Origin: Fonticula alba ATCC 38817
Taxonomy: Eukaryota > Protista > Nucleariida
Assembly: GCA_000388065.2 (NCBI GenBank)
Contig: KB932209.1
Reading direction: 5' to 3' (one strand)
DNA: 63,994 nucleotides
Under the pieces are notes generated by a model, which saw nothing but the letters and a program-made list of their open reading frames with translations, was not told where the DNA came from and searched no databases. The position numbers and the translations under genes are program-made. This document shows positions 11,008 to 21,400 of the stretch, in pieces (position 1 is the stretch's first letter; each line of letters starts with the position of its first letter).

Positions 11008-13862
11008 CGGAGTAAAGGACGAGGGGAGCATTTGGTGCCTGGTTGGGGGGCGGGGAGGGGGGAACGAGAAGGAGATCAAGCACCAGGAGACAAGGGGGCT
11101 GGCGGATGGCAAGGGGGGCCGGAGACGGAAGGGGAGGGGGAGAGAAAAAAGGGGGGAGGGGTTGAGGAAGAGGATGCCCAAACTGAAAACCGGCTTGTTT
11201 GTGGGCGCCCGGAAAATGTGCCCCTCAGGCGGGGGGGGGGGGGGCACCCTCGCTCGCACGCACGCCCCGAACACCGGCACAGGGAAACACATTCGAAAGT
11301 CGCCAGGCTCGCGTAATATCAGCTGNNNNNNNNNNNNNNNNNNNNNNNNNNNNNNNNNNNNNNNNNNNNNNNNNNNNNNNNNNNNNNNNNNNNNNNNNNN
11401 NNNNNNNNNNNNNNNNNNNNNNNNNNNNNNNNNNNNNNNNNNNNNNNNNNNNNNNNNNNNNNNNNNNNNNNNNNNNNNNNNNNNNNNNNNNNNNNNNNNN
11501 NNNNNNNNNNNNNNNNNNNNNNNNNNNNNNNNNNNNNNNNNNNNNNNNNNNNNNNNNNNNNNNNNGGGAGGGAGGCGAGGACTACGTCATGAAATTCACA
11601 TTTTCTGCCAAGAAATGATGGCCGCATGGGGGAATGCCTTCGCCGGGTCCAGCTGTGGTAAGTAGAGGATCGAACGCCGATATACCCTCCTCTTCGGCGG
11701 GGGGAATGCTTTTTCATTTCATTGGGAAGGGGAGGGATCCGCCCGCCCCAGCCAGGAGGGAGAGATGATGTCAGTGGTTGTATTCGGGAGCTTGCATTTT
11801 CATTTTGCCAGTGCTCCCAGGAGAAATCGAGCACACCTGGTGGGAGAGCTTGACCTTGAGCGCGCCAGTTCGGGAGCCGGTCATGGGCCGCATGTGTGGG
11901 CAAGGGACCCCGGGAGGAGTGCCATGCACTCGCTGGCCAAGAAGACCTCCTGCCACAATATCGCACGGGGGCGGGGAATGATTGCACTTGCCACCGGCAC
12001 ACCGGCCGGGCTACTTGTGTCGGTATTGTTCCCCCCATCGCTCCCCAACAGGGCCCTGTGACCTTCTCTCTTCCTCACAGCCCCCACGAGGGGCGTTTAT
12101 TTGTTCTCGCTCTGGGAGAGGACCTTAGGCGGTCCGGGGGAGGGCAGGATGGTCCTCGAACTTTGTCCGAATATCATTATTCTTGCCGTCGTGCATGGGA
12201 CCCGGGTGGGGGGGAACGCCTTCCCGCCCATGGTGCACCGCAGGAAGAATCCCGGGGGGGGGGGGATCGAAAAATGGACATTGGTCGTGAAGTGCCCCCG
12301 AGATCCGCATACCGAAGCCAGGGCACTGGGCATGATGCCGGCTTCACCCAGCTCGAGGATCCGCGCCCCGCCATGCTGCCTGGATAAAATGTGAAAATTA
12401 TAGCCCGAATAAGCATCTGGGCTATTGCCTTTCGGTGCCGGCCTTGCGGCAGCATGGTGCGGCGACCGCGAGAGCTCCTCCCCACCCCCGCGGTGCTGGT
12501 GGTCCGGGAGGCCGCGAGTGTTTATTGATCATTTTTTCCCCCAACACGGCAGGCAATCCTCTCGGGACCTTTTACCTGCCGGTTGCCCGAGCCGCATTGG
12601 TCCTGTGCGAGCGGAACCGAGCACATGAAGAAGCACCAGCAATGCCTGAGGTGCTCCTGGCCATGGTGAAAGGAGTGTCCCGGACCGCGACATACCACAG
12701 ATCGGGGCTGGGGGCGATGGGTGTTGAATGGGCCCCCTTGGCTGCGAACTCGACGATCGGGGGAACCCGGCTGCCAGAAGAGGCCATGGAAGTTCCGGAA
12801 TGGGGCAAGACAATCCGACGGCTCGTGGGTGCCTTGCGTGTCTCACACCGTCCTTCGGGGTCACCGGCCGGCCCGCTGCCCTGGGCGGCTCTATACGGGA
12901 ATGGCTAGACCTTAGCCATCCACCCACCCCCAGGGACAAGGAGAGAGGCACAGGCGGCCATCCCCTGCGGGGAGGCCCGACAACGTTCCAACCAATTGAC
13001 CAACATTCGCTCGATCGTGGACCATAGCTGGGGGGNNNNNNNNNNNNNNNNNNNNNNNNNNNNNNNNNNNNNNNNNNNNNNNNNNNNNNNNNNNNNNNNN
13101 NNNNNNNNNNNNNNNNNNNNNNNNNNNNNNNNNNNNNNNNNNNNNNNNNNNNNNNNNNNNNNNNNNNNNNNNNNNNNNNNNNNNNNNNNNNNNNNNNNNN
13201 NNNNNNNNNNNNNNNNNNNNNNNNNNNNNNNNNNNNNNNNTGCTCCTGCGGCGCCGTCCGAGCCCGCGGTGCGCGGGATCCGGTGATCGCTGGTCTGCGC
13301 TATAAGGGCCGGTGATATCAACCACCGAGAGATTGGAGCCTTCCATCCCAGTTTTCCCCCTCACCAACCCCGCCTCTTTTCCCTCTACCTCCCGTGCGAT
13401 CGCCCCCATCCCTTCGCCCGAGGTTCCTTGTTGGTTGACGCCGGCGTCAGCACTTTGGTTGGAAAACCCCCCACTCGATACACACGCGCACCCACAGACC
13501 GCTGCCTCAGCACCAGGTACTTTGACGCCCATGCACTCATCCGTCCAGACGCAACACACACGCACCCAGACACATACACATACACACCCACACACAGCCA
13601 TGCATGAAGATGCACCCCTGTTGGGAAGACCATTGCCACGAAGCAGCAACCCCTGGGCGCATGCCGAGCATCGGTGCTTCGTGGCATGCACACCGTGACC
13701 AGCCTGCCAGCATGGGCGCCGGCAGGGGAGGGGGGGGGGGGCAAGAAACATCCTCTCTGGCTCTTGCCGCCGCCCTCTAATCACCGCGGACATCAATCTA
13801 ACACTCCTCGCCCGGCTGCTGTGCTTTCCCCGGACGGTGGTTGGTAGTGCGTGACCGCCACC

Positions 13863-14945
13863 ATGAATGACTCCCTGAACGAGGACCCCTCCATGCAGGC
13901 GACCTATGCTGAGGGGTTCCCCATGGCCAAGTCCATGCCGTCCCCTCCGCAAACCAGCCGGCCGCTGGTGGTGGAGCCGGTCGAGGCCGTCCGTACCACG
14001 GTCACTCGCACCACCACCGTCACGCCGGTCCAGCAGGAGATCGTCGAGCCCCGAGGGCCGGTCATCTACCAGCCGCCCAATCCGCCGGTGGTGCCGGACG
14101 GCGAGGCGCGCCGGTTCAGCGTCGTGTCGCCCTACTCCAAGTATCGCGATCCGCAGCAAATCCGCCGGCTACGGTGGATCTACATCATTGCCGGCCTGCT
14201 GATGCTGGCCCAGATGATTGTCCTGGTGGCCATTGCGGGCAGTCTCAACCAGCCGAAGTACCGGATTTACACCATGTTTGCCGGGTATGCTCGTGGTGAT
14301 CGGCGCTTCCGCTACATCAACCTCCATCCGCGCGGGTTCATGACCGTCGCGCCGTATGTGTCCATCTTCATGGGGATCATCGGCGCCTGCTACCTGCTGG
14401 GTGGAATCTTCGCCGGCAAGATGCAGTCCTCCATTGCCCGGCGCGGCATCAACTACTGGCACTGGTTTGGCATGCTCCTGTCCTTCACTTGGCTCAGCTT
14501 CATTGTGGCCTGGGCCGTCGGTGTGTCGGACATGTTCCTGCTGATGAACATTGCCTTCCTGACTTTCGGCATGGTGGGCCTGTGGCTCATGCAGCATGTG
14601 GTCAATCCGCCGGTCGACGGGACGCGCAACTTCTGGGGCCATATCATGGGCTGGATTCCCTTCCTCATGATCAGCACCACCCTCATGGCTTTCCTTTGGA
14701 ACCGGGAGAATCGCTCGGCCAATGCCCTGATCTATGTGGCGGTCTTCCTGACCGTGGTCCTGTACCTGCTGATCGGCCTGGTTCAGATGTTCCACTTCAT
14801 CAAGCACCGCCGGTATGAGGCCAGCTACACCACCGACAAGATCTACCTCTTCCTGAACTTCATCTTCCTCAGTGCCATCGGCTGGGTGATCTTCGCCTGC
14901 TTCACCGGCAAGTTCAACGACTTCGACACGGACGATCCCAAGTAA
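13863..14945 (+). CDS. Heliorhodopsin-family 7-TM protein lacking the retinal-binding lysine, 360 aa, intronless
   Basis: ATG in GCCACCATG context and strong C/G-ending codon bias. Seven hydrophobic segments align by eye to heliorhodopsin motifs: IAGLLMLAQM, VSIFMGII, INYWHWFGMLLS, GVSDMFLL, FWGHIMGWIPF, IGLVQMFHF and DKIYLFLNFIFLSAIGWVIF (HeR consensus ERAYIVLSLVAKSALAWQIF). Confidence 0.85.
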   Translation: MNDSLNEDPSMQATYAEGFPMAKSMPSPPQTSRPLVVEPVEAVRTTVTRTTTVTPVQQEIVEPRGPVIYQPPNPPVVPDGEARRFSVVSPYSKYRDPQQIRRLRWIYIIAGLLMLAQMIVLVAIAGSLNQPKYRIYTMFAGYARGDRRFRYINLHPRGFMTVAPYVSIFMGIIGACYLLGGIFAGKMQSSIARRGINYWHWFGMLLSFTWLSFIVAWAVGVSDMFLLMNIAFLTFGMVGLWLMQHVVNPPVDGTRNFWGHIMGWIPFLMISTTLMAFLWNRENRSANALIYVAVFLTVVLYLLIGLVQMFHFIKHRRYEASYTTDKIYLFLNFIFLSAIGWVIFACFTGKFNDFDTDDPK

Positions 14946-16538
14946 AGGTGTCACTTGGGCGGAGGGGGGAGGGGGCGGGGAACTCGGGTGCGCTATGCCC
15001 CCATGCCTGCCGCCCTCCTCGCATCCGTGTCCCTTTGTGCGTCCCGGGGGAGACCCCGAAGAAGGGGGACCGGGAATGGCGGAGAGTCGTGTCGGGGTGT
15101 GGCACGAAGGATGAGCCTCGGCAGGAGGGGGAGGGATCCCACAAAGGGGAGGGCGACGTCGGTGGAAGCACGAAGTTGAATCTGTGCCTCACGCTCGCCC
15201 GCCTCGGTTCCCAGTGCCCACCCGACCCTTCGGGCCTGCTGTCTAATGCAATGTACGTGTGTGTTGGTGTGTGTGGGGGGTGCCTTTCCGAAAGTAGAGC
15301 CCACATGCCATGATGTGACCCCCTTCGGGGAGTCGATTGGGGGATTGGGCGGCAGGCCGGGCCAGGGGGTGTGGATGGGCCTGGGCGGTGCGTCGCATTG
15401 TTGTTCAGACCCACGGGGCGCACAGGAGAGGGACTTGGTCCGCGTAATCAAGATCCCCTTTTTGCATGTGCCCTCGCCTGCGCACGCACACACGCCGGCC
15501 GAAACACCTCCTCCGGGCTTGCCCTTCTTCCCGTGGCCTCAGTGAAAGGAAGTTCCCGAGCAGTACCCATCGACAAACACACGCACACACACACACACAC
15601 ACACACATGGATAACAGGCGAACTTGGCACACATCGAGCATGAAACCACACAACAGATGTGCGCGTACATGAACCCGAACCCTGCTTCTCGTGTCCCCCC
15701 CACCCCCCCCACACCCCCACCCTCCTTCGCCTCTCCCCCTCTGTCTCTCCCTTTCCCCACGTTCACGCCGGAAGTGTGCCTCACCGGGAAACGGGGAGAG
15801 CGCAATGTGCGCACCCACACATCACCATAATACACGCCACTATGTCCATATGCATGCCGCTTGCCGGCAACAAAACACCGGCGCACGTAGCTTGTGCATC
15901 GGGAGAACCGGGGGGGAGGGGAGCGCCTTCTGTGCGACGAAGAGAAGGACACACGCGCGCGGGGGCAGGAAAACAAAGCAACCCCCACAGAGGAGAGCGG
16001 GTCGTGGGAGGGGGGGAGAAAAGAGGGGAGGGGAAGAGGAAAGAAAACAACAACAACAACAACAACAACAACAAGAGGGGGGATTTGGTTTTTCCATATA
16101 ACAACCGGGGAGAGAGATGTGTATATGCGCATGTGTATACAGCAAGAGAATGGCCGACATAGAAGGGGGGGGGAGGGGGAATTTGAGAAGAACTGGGGAG
16201 CCCCTTATATGCCGGGCGCGCCCCTTTTGCCAGGTGGTACACACACACGGAGGAGCCAGGCGCAGGGACACAGGGAAGGAGAAGGACCGAGGGAGAGAGA
16301 GAGAGAGAGAGAAGGAGGCGGCGTGCACGAGAGCACAGCAGGCGCAACACGCCGATCCGTCGCCACGGCACCCTCTCCTCCTGCCCCTCCGTTGGCCTAA
16401 CTCCCCTCCTCCGGGACATCATCACGCCCGGGGGAAGGGCGGACGAGGACGAAGGGAAAGGGGAGGAGGGGGGGGGGGAGGTGCTCACACACGCGCACAC
16501 ACACGCTAAGCCGGATGTGCTCGAAGAAACAGGCTCCC

Positions 16539-17930
16539 TTAGTTGCCGCCCTCCAGGGTGGTGATCTTCTGCTCGAGGACACGGATCTGGATGTCCTTCT
16601 GGGTGAGCTTGTTCTGGAGGTCGGTGACCTCGGCCTTGAGCTTGGCCCAGGCCTCGCGGTACTCCTTCTCGTTCTTGGGGGTGTCATCCTTGACCTCCTC
16701 AGTGAGGACGGACTTGAAGGAGACATCCTTGCGAGCGCCGGGGACGAAGCCGTTCTCGAGGCTGATCTTCTTGGGGCCATCGACGGACTTGCCGCCGAAG
16801 AACTCGGCGCAGGACATGGGGGCCTCGCCGGAGGTGGCCTCGGGGAAGAGGTCATCCTGGAAGAGCTCCGACTTGCGGGGGACCTTGAAGGAGATGGGCT
16901 CAATGAAGGAGGTGGTCAGGCGGTAGGCACGGCCGATCTCAACCTCGTTGACGTTGACGGCGCGCTTGGGGACGAAAGCCACACCACGAGACGGGTCGGA
17001 GCCGGAGTAGTTGGAGATGTGGTGGATGTGGGGCTTCTCGTCGGTGACCTCGAAGTAGCGGATGGTGGTGTCACCCTTGCCGGCCAGGTAGAGGATGTGG
17101 CAGTCCTCATCGTAGAAGGGCATCAGCATACCGGCGGAGGTGTCCAGGTTGTCGGAGTAGATGGGGTTGTCCAGGTCGTTGACATCACGGATGGCCATCT
17201 GGCGATCGGAGGCACGGGAGAAACCGGTGGTGGCGATCTTGTTGGAGTCGCCGAGCCACAGGCAGCGGGAGCCCTTGACACCCTGGTGGGACTCGGTCTG
17301 CTGGACGAGCTTGCCGGAGCGGACATCGAAGATGCGGAGCTGCTTGTCACGGCAGCTGGTGACCATGAGGTTACCGTTGTAGTTGAAGTCAATGGAGTTG
17401 ATCAGATCGGTGTGGTGGGCCTCAATGTCGACCTTGGCCACGCCAGCCTCAATGTCCCACAGCTTGATGACAAGGTCACCGCCGACGGTGGCGAGGGTGT
17501 TGTCGGCGGTGGGGTGGAAGAGGACGGCACCGACACGGCGCTTGTGGCCGGCGAGGGTGGACAGGGGGGTGTCCTGGCTCTCCTTGAGCTCCTCGGGGAT
17601 CTGCCAGATCTTGACGGTGCAGTCCTCGGAGGCGGAGGCAATCAGGTAGTCGTTGAAGGGGTGGAAGTCCAGGTCCAGGACGGCGGCCTTGTGGCCGGTG
17701 AACAGAGGGGGGGTGGGAGAAACCTTGCCGACATCCTTGGTCTGGTCGAAGACGGCGAAGGCACCACCACCACCGGCCTCCCAGCAGACACCGAGGTACT
17801 GGGAGTTGGCCTTGATCAGGTTGGTGTCATGGGCAGTGCGAGAGGGGCGAACACCATCGAAGCACAGGTCCTTCTTGGCAGCGGTGCCGAAGACGTGGCG
17901 GAACTTGGAGTTGCGGACAAAACGGGACAT
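16539..17930 (-). CDS. CORO1: Coronin (WD40 actin-binding protein), 463 aa, intronless
   Basis: Starts MSRFVRNSKFRHVFGTAAKK. Coronin WD40 motifs (GHKAAVLDLDFHPFNDYLIASASEDCTVKIW, PFYDED, KGDTTIRYFE, VPRKSELFQDDLFP) and a C-terminal coiled coil. Highly biased codon usage. Confidence 0.98.
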   Translation of the reverse strand: MSRFVRNSKFRHVFGTAAKKDLCFDGVRPSRTAHDTNLIKANSQYLGVCWEAGGGGAFAVFDQTKDVGKVSPTPPLFTGHKAAVLDLDFHPFNDYLIASASEDCTVKIWQIPEELKESQDTPLSTLAGHKRRVGAVLFHPTADNTLATVGGDLVIKLWDIEAGVAKVDIEAHHTDLINSIDFNYNGNLMVTSCRDKQLRIFDVRSGKLVQQTESHQGVKGSRCLWLGDSNKIATTGFSRASDRQMAIRDVNDLDNPIYSDNLDTSAGMLMPFYDEDCHILYLAGKGDTTIRYFEVTDEKPHIHHISNYSGSDPSRGVAFVPKRAVNVNEVEIGRAYRLTTSFIEPISFKVPRKSELFQDDLFPEATSGEAPMSCAEFFGGKSVDGPKKISLENGFVPGARKDVSFKSVLTEEVKDDTPKNEKEYREAWAKLKAEVTDLQNKLTQKDIQIRVLEQKITTLEGGN

Positions 17931-18250
17931 GACTGAGGCCGGGCGGGGGGGGGGAAGGGGGAAGGGGGTGAGTAGGCGGGTCGCGGGGAGGCGGGGCGAG
18001 GGGGGGAGGAACGAAAGAAGGAGGGGGAGGGGAAGGAGGTGATGACGGTGGCAATTACAGTGCCAGCAATCATCAAGAAGAGCCTCGGAGAGACCGAGAC
18101 AGAGAGAGAGAGAGAGTGCCACTGCATTGAGGCTCGTGCTGATGACACCGGCGGTGCCACCAACGCGAGCAAACGTCGGCGGGGCCGAGACGACACGCAA
18201 GCGCGTGTGTGTGGACACGGCAAGCAAAAGGGCAAGCACACCAAAAAAAA

Positions 18251-18437
18251 GAGGGAGGAAGAGGAGAGAGGGAGGAAGAGGAGAGAGGGAGGAAGAGGAG
18301 AGAGGGAGGAAGAGGAGAGAGGGAGGAAGAGGAGAGAGNNNNNNNNNNAGAGGGAGGAAGAGGAGAGAGGGAGGAAGAGGAGAGAGGGAGGAAGAGGAGA
18401 GAGGGAGGAAGAGGAGAGAGGGAGGAAGAGGAGAGAG
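18251..18437. repeat. 17-bp polypurine minisatellite (GAGGGAGGAAGAGGAGA)n, about 10-11 copies, upstream of coronin
   Basis: Direct sequence; contains a 10-N gap at 18339-18348. Confidence 0.9.
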
Positions 18438-21400
18438 AGGCGAACCTGCGGAGAAAGGAGTTAGAGACAAGAAGGTCCAAACACCAAAAACACACAAATC
18501 GGTTGCCCCCGACTGGTTGGGTACCCGCGCGAGACGCCCCCATAAAAATGTCTCCCCCGCGCCCCCCCCCCCCCCCCCCCCTACCCACCACACACGCACA
18601 CACAAACGCTATACCTATACGGCCGCAGACCCTCCTTCCTTCCCGCACACGCCCTGTCCGATGGTGCGGGAAGGCGCCTGGGCGGGGAGGGCCCCAGGTT
18701 GTGAAGGGCGGCGCGTTGCTCCTTCTGCTGGCCTCCCCGGCCGACGTGCGGCGCCCCCGGCGCCTTCCACTCCCGTCCCTGTCCCCGTCCCGGACCCGGC
18801 TCCCCCCACACCAGCCCGAGAAACCCCCCGGTGGCCGTCGGGCGGACACGAAGCTCCCTCCCACTCCGGCGTTTATATATGCACCCTGTCCCGGCCGGTG
18901 CCCGCACCGGGGAATCACCAGCAAGACATGACACAGAGGCCTCGCCCCTGGGTGGGAAGGGGAACCGGGAAACCGCCGAGACGAGAGGGCAGGCGAAAGA
19001 GAGAGAGAGAGAGAGAGAGAGGGGGAAGCAGAAAGACACGGAGAGGTCAGAAGGCTGCGGCCTCGCCACCGCCCCCGACCGGGGGTGCTCTGGCGACGAG
19101 CTAGCCTCTACCCCCTTCCCCTGCTATTACTGGCCAGGCACGTTCCTCCCCGCCCCCGGCTCGGGGGCGCTAATTTGAAAATTAGCTTTTCAAAAAAAAA
19201 TAACTCCGACCAGGAATGCCCCGCCCCGCCGCCGTAGCCCCCACCGGAGCCCCGCCCTCCGCGTCCCGGAGACACTTGACCGCGGGCTTGCGCGGGTGCT
19301 TTGGCCCACCGGTCCCCGGGGGGGGGCAGGCAGCACGCGCCTCGACATGCCCGAGAAGAAGACGCCCGGCTCCCCCTCGGGCCCGGCTCTTGGCACACCG
19401 AGGACCGGCCGGGCGAGAGGCGGCTACCGGGGGCCACCGGGAGCGCCCTGAAGGGCCGGCCCGGCCTCGAGCGCCTGGGCGGAAGGGGCCGGCGCACGGC
19501 GACCTCAAATCATCGCCACAGGGCCCACACAGGGGGGAGGGGGCCTGGAAGGAGACGCCTGGGCAACGAGGGGCCAACGCCAGCGGCCGCTGTCCAGGCC
19601 CTGTGGCGCGAAGGCTCGACCGACCATTGTTCCCCCTCTCCGGCTCCCGGGCGCCGTGGCCGGGGCTCCTCACACAACCCGGTGAGAGGGGAGACAAGAG
19701 CAAGGAGAGCCGGTGCCAGAAACACGGCGCTGGAATTCGGCCAGCCTGCACTATTCTCGACCCCTGCTGGCCGACGATGCCCAAAAACGACCCTGGCAGA
19801 GAGGGCCTCCTCTCTGTCTGTCTCTCTCTCTCTCTCTGCCCCCCAGGGGGGGACGACATCGGGGGAGACCTCGGGCCGTTGGCCAGGCTCGGCGGGGTAC
19901 TTGCATTAGCTCCTGTGTGGCTGCGCGTGCCAAGGAAACAAACAAGTCCACTTGACGGTGGCCGCCCCCCCCCCCCGGCTTGTCCGGAAACGCGGCCCGC
20001 CGATCGGGTTAGGCCATCCAGGGGGAGGGGGGCCGAGGGCCGGAAATACAAGCCGCAGCGTCCGCCGCCACATCACAGCGAGATGACGACCACCGGCCGG
20101 CGAAACGAGTCCCGGGAGAGCCGCGCCAGGGGCGGGGGGGGGGCTGGCGGGGGAAACAAAAGCACCCGAACCCCTGGCTGTTCGGGACGCACACGCTCTT
20201 ACGCACACACACACACACACACACACATGCACGCTCGCACCTCCGGCGGGAGAAATACAACCGGCCCTCCAGCGGAAGTGGGCGGGTGGACGCCGGACCC
20301 CGCTGGCGCGCCAATGTGAGGCCACATGCCGACCCCTCCCCCTGGCGGGGAAGGCCGTTTCCAGAGAAACACCCCTCCGTGAGGGCCCACACATACACAC
20401 ACACACGCACCCGGGCACACACAGACAAACACACACACACACACACACAGATACGGAGCACACCCCCCCCCCTTGGAAACGACTAGCAGCGAGAGGTGGG
20501 GAACACCCCCGCCCTTAGGGCGTGCGGCGCGGACGCAGCCCGGCCTGCCGTGGTGGCCGGTGAATGGGATCCCCGAGAATGAAGCGCTCCCGGCTGGACA
20601 TTTGGGGCGTGGTGGGTGCTTTGTGCGACGGTCGGGCGGGGGGACCCAGATGAATGGGGGGAGGGGCGGCTTTCGGCCGGGGGCGTTCGAACGCATGCGT
20701 GCGAGTGTGCCCTCGCGCGCGCGCGCGCGCGCCCACTCGCAACAACAAGCACCCCTGTCGCCTGTGCCCGTGGGAGTAGTCTCTAGACGAGGGCCTTCCC
20801 TGGAGTGTGCGAGGCGCCGAGACTCGGGGGCATCGGCGAGCGCACCTTGCCACCGCCTCGGAGAGGCCGAGCAAATGCCCGGGCAGGCAACGGAAAGCCG
20901 CGCCCGCCAGCAGGCCGGTCACAACCGGCGTCCAGAAGGCGGGACCTCGCCAGTCACTGCGCAAGTTCAACCCCCCCTTGCGCCCGGTCCCCGCGCGCGC
21001 TCGCTCGCTCCCCCCCTCCCCCGTGCCCCTCTCGCCGTCGAGGGGAGAGCCCCCGGGCGATCGGCCCCGCGAGGAGGCAGCCGCGGGCGCCGGCGGCGCC
21101 CCTAAAAAATATGGGTCATACGAGGGGCGCCCCATAGCGCGGATGGCCATTGGTCGGGCGGGAAAATTCCGCCCGGGAACGAGTGCCGAGGGGCGGCGCG
21201 CCGGACACGGGGGCCAGGGCGGGGGGCGGAAGGGGGGGGGGGGCGGGGACCGGAGTGGGGTACCCCGTTCCCCCCTCTGGACTGCCACACCAACATGCCG
21301 CGCTGGTGGCCACTGGCGCGGCCGGCAGCCCCGGACCGGTCCCCGTAAACTCGGCTGAGAGAGCGAAAAAGATGTCTTTTTTATTACGCGCCCAAGTAGG

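Noticed and set aside
14169-14954. 261-aa minus-strand ORF
   Set aside because: Antisense shadow of the heliorhodopsin-like gene caused by C/G-ending codon bias.
16515-17936. 473-aa plus-strand ORF exactly opposite coronin
   Set aside because: Typical stop-free antisense frame of a strongly codon-biased GC-rich gene; no motif of its own.
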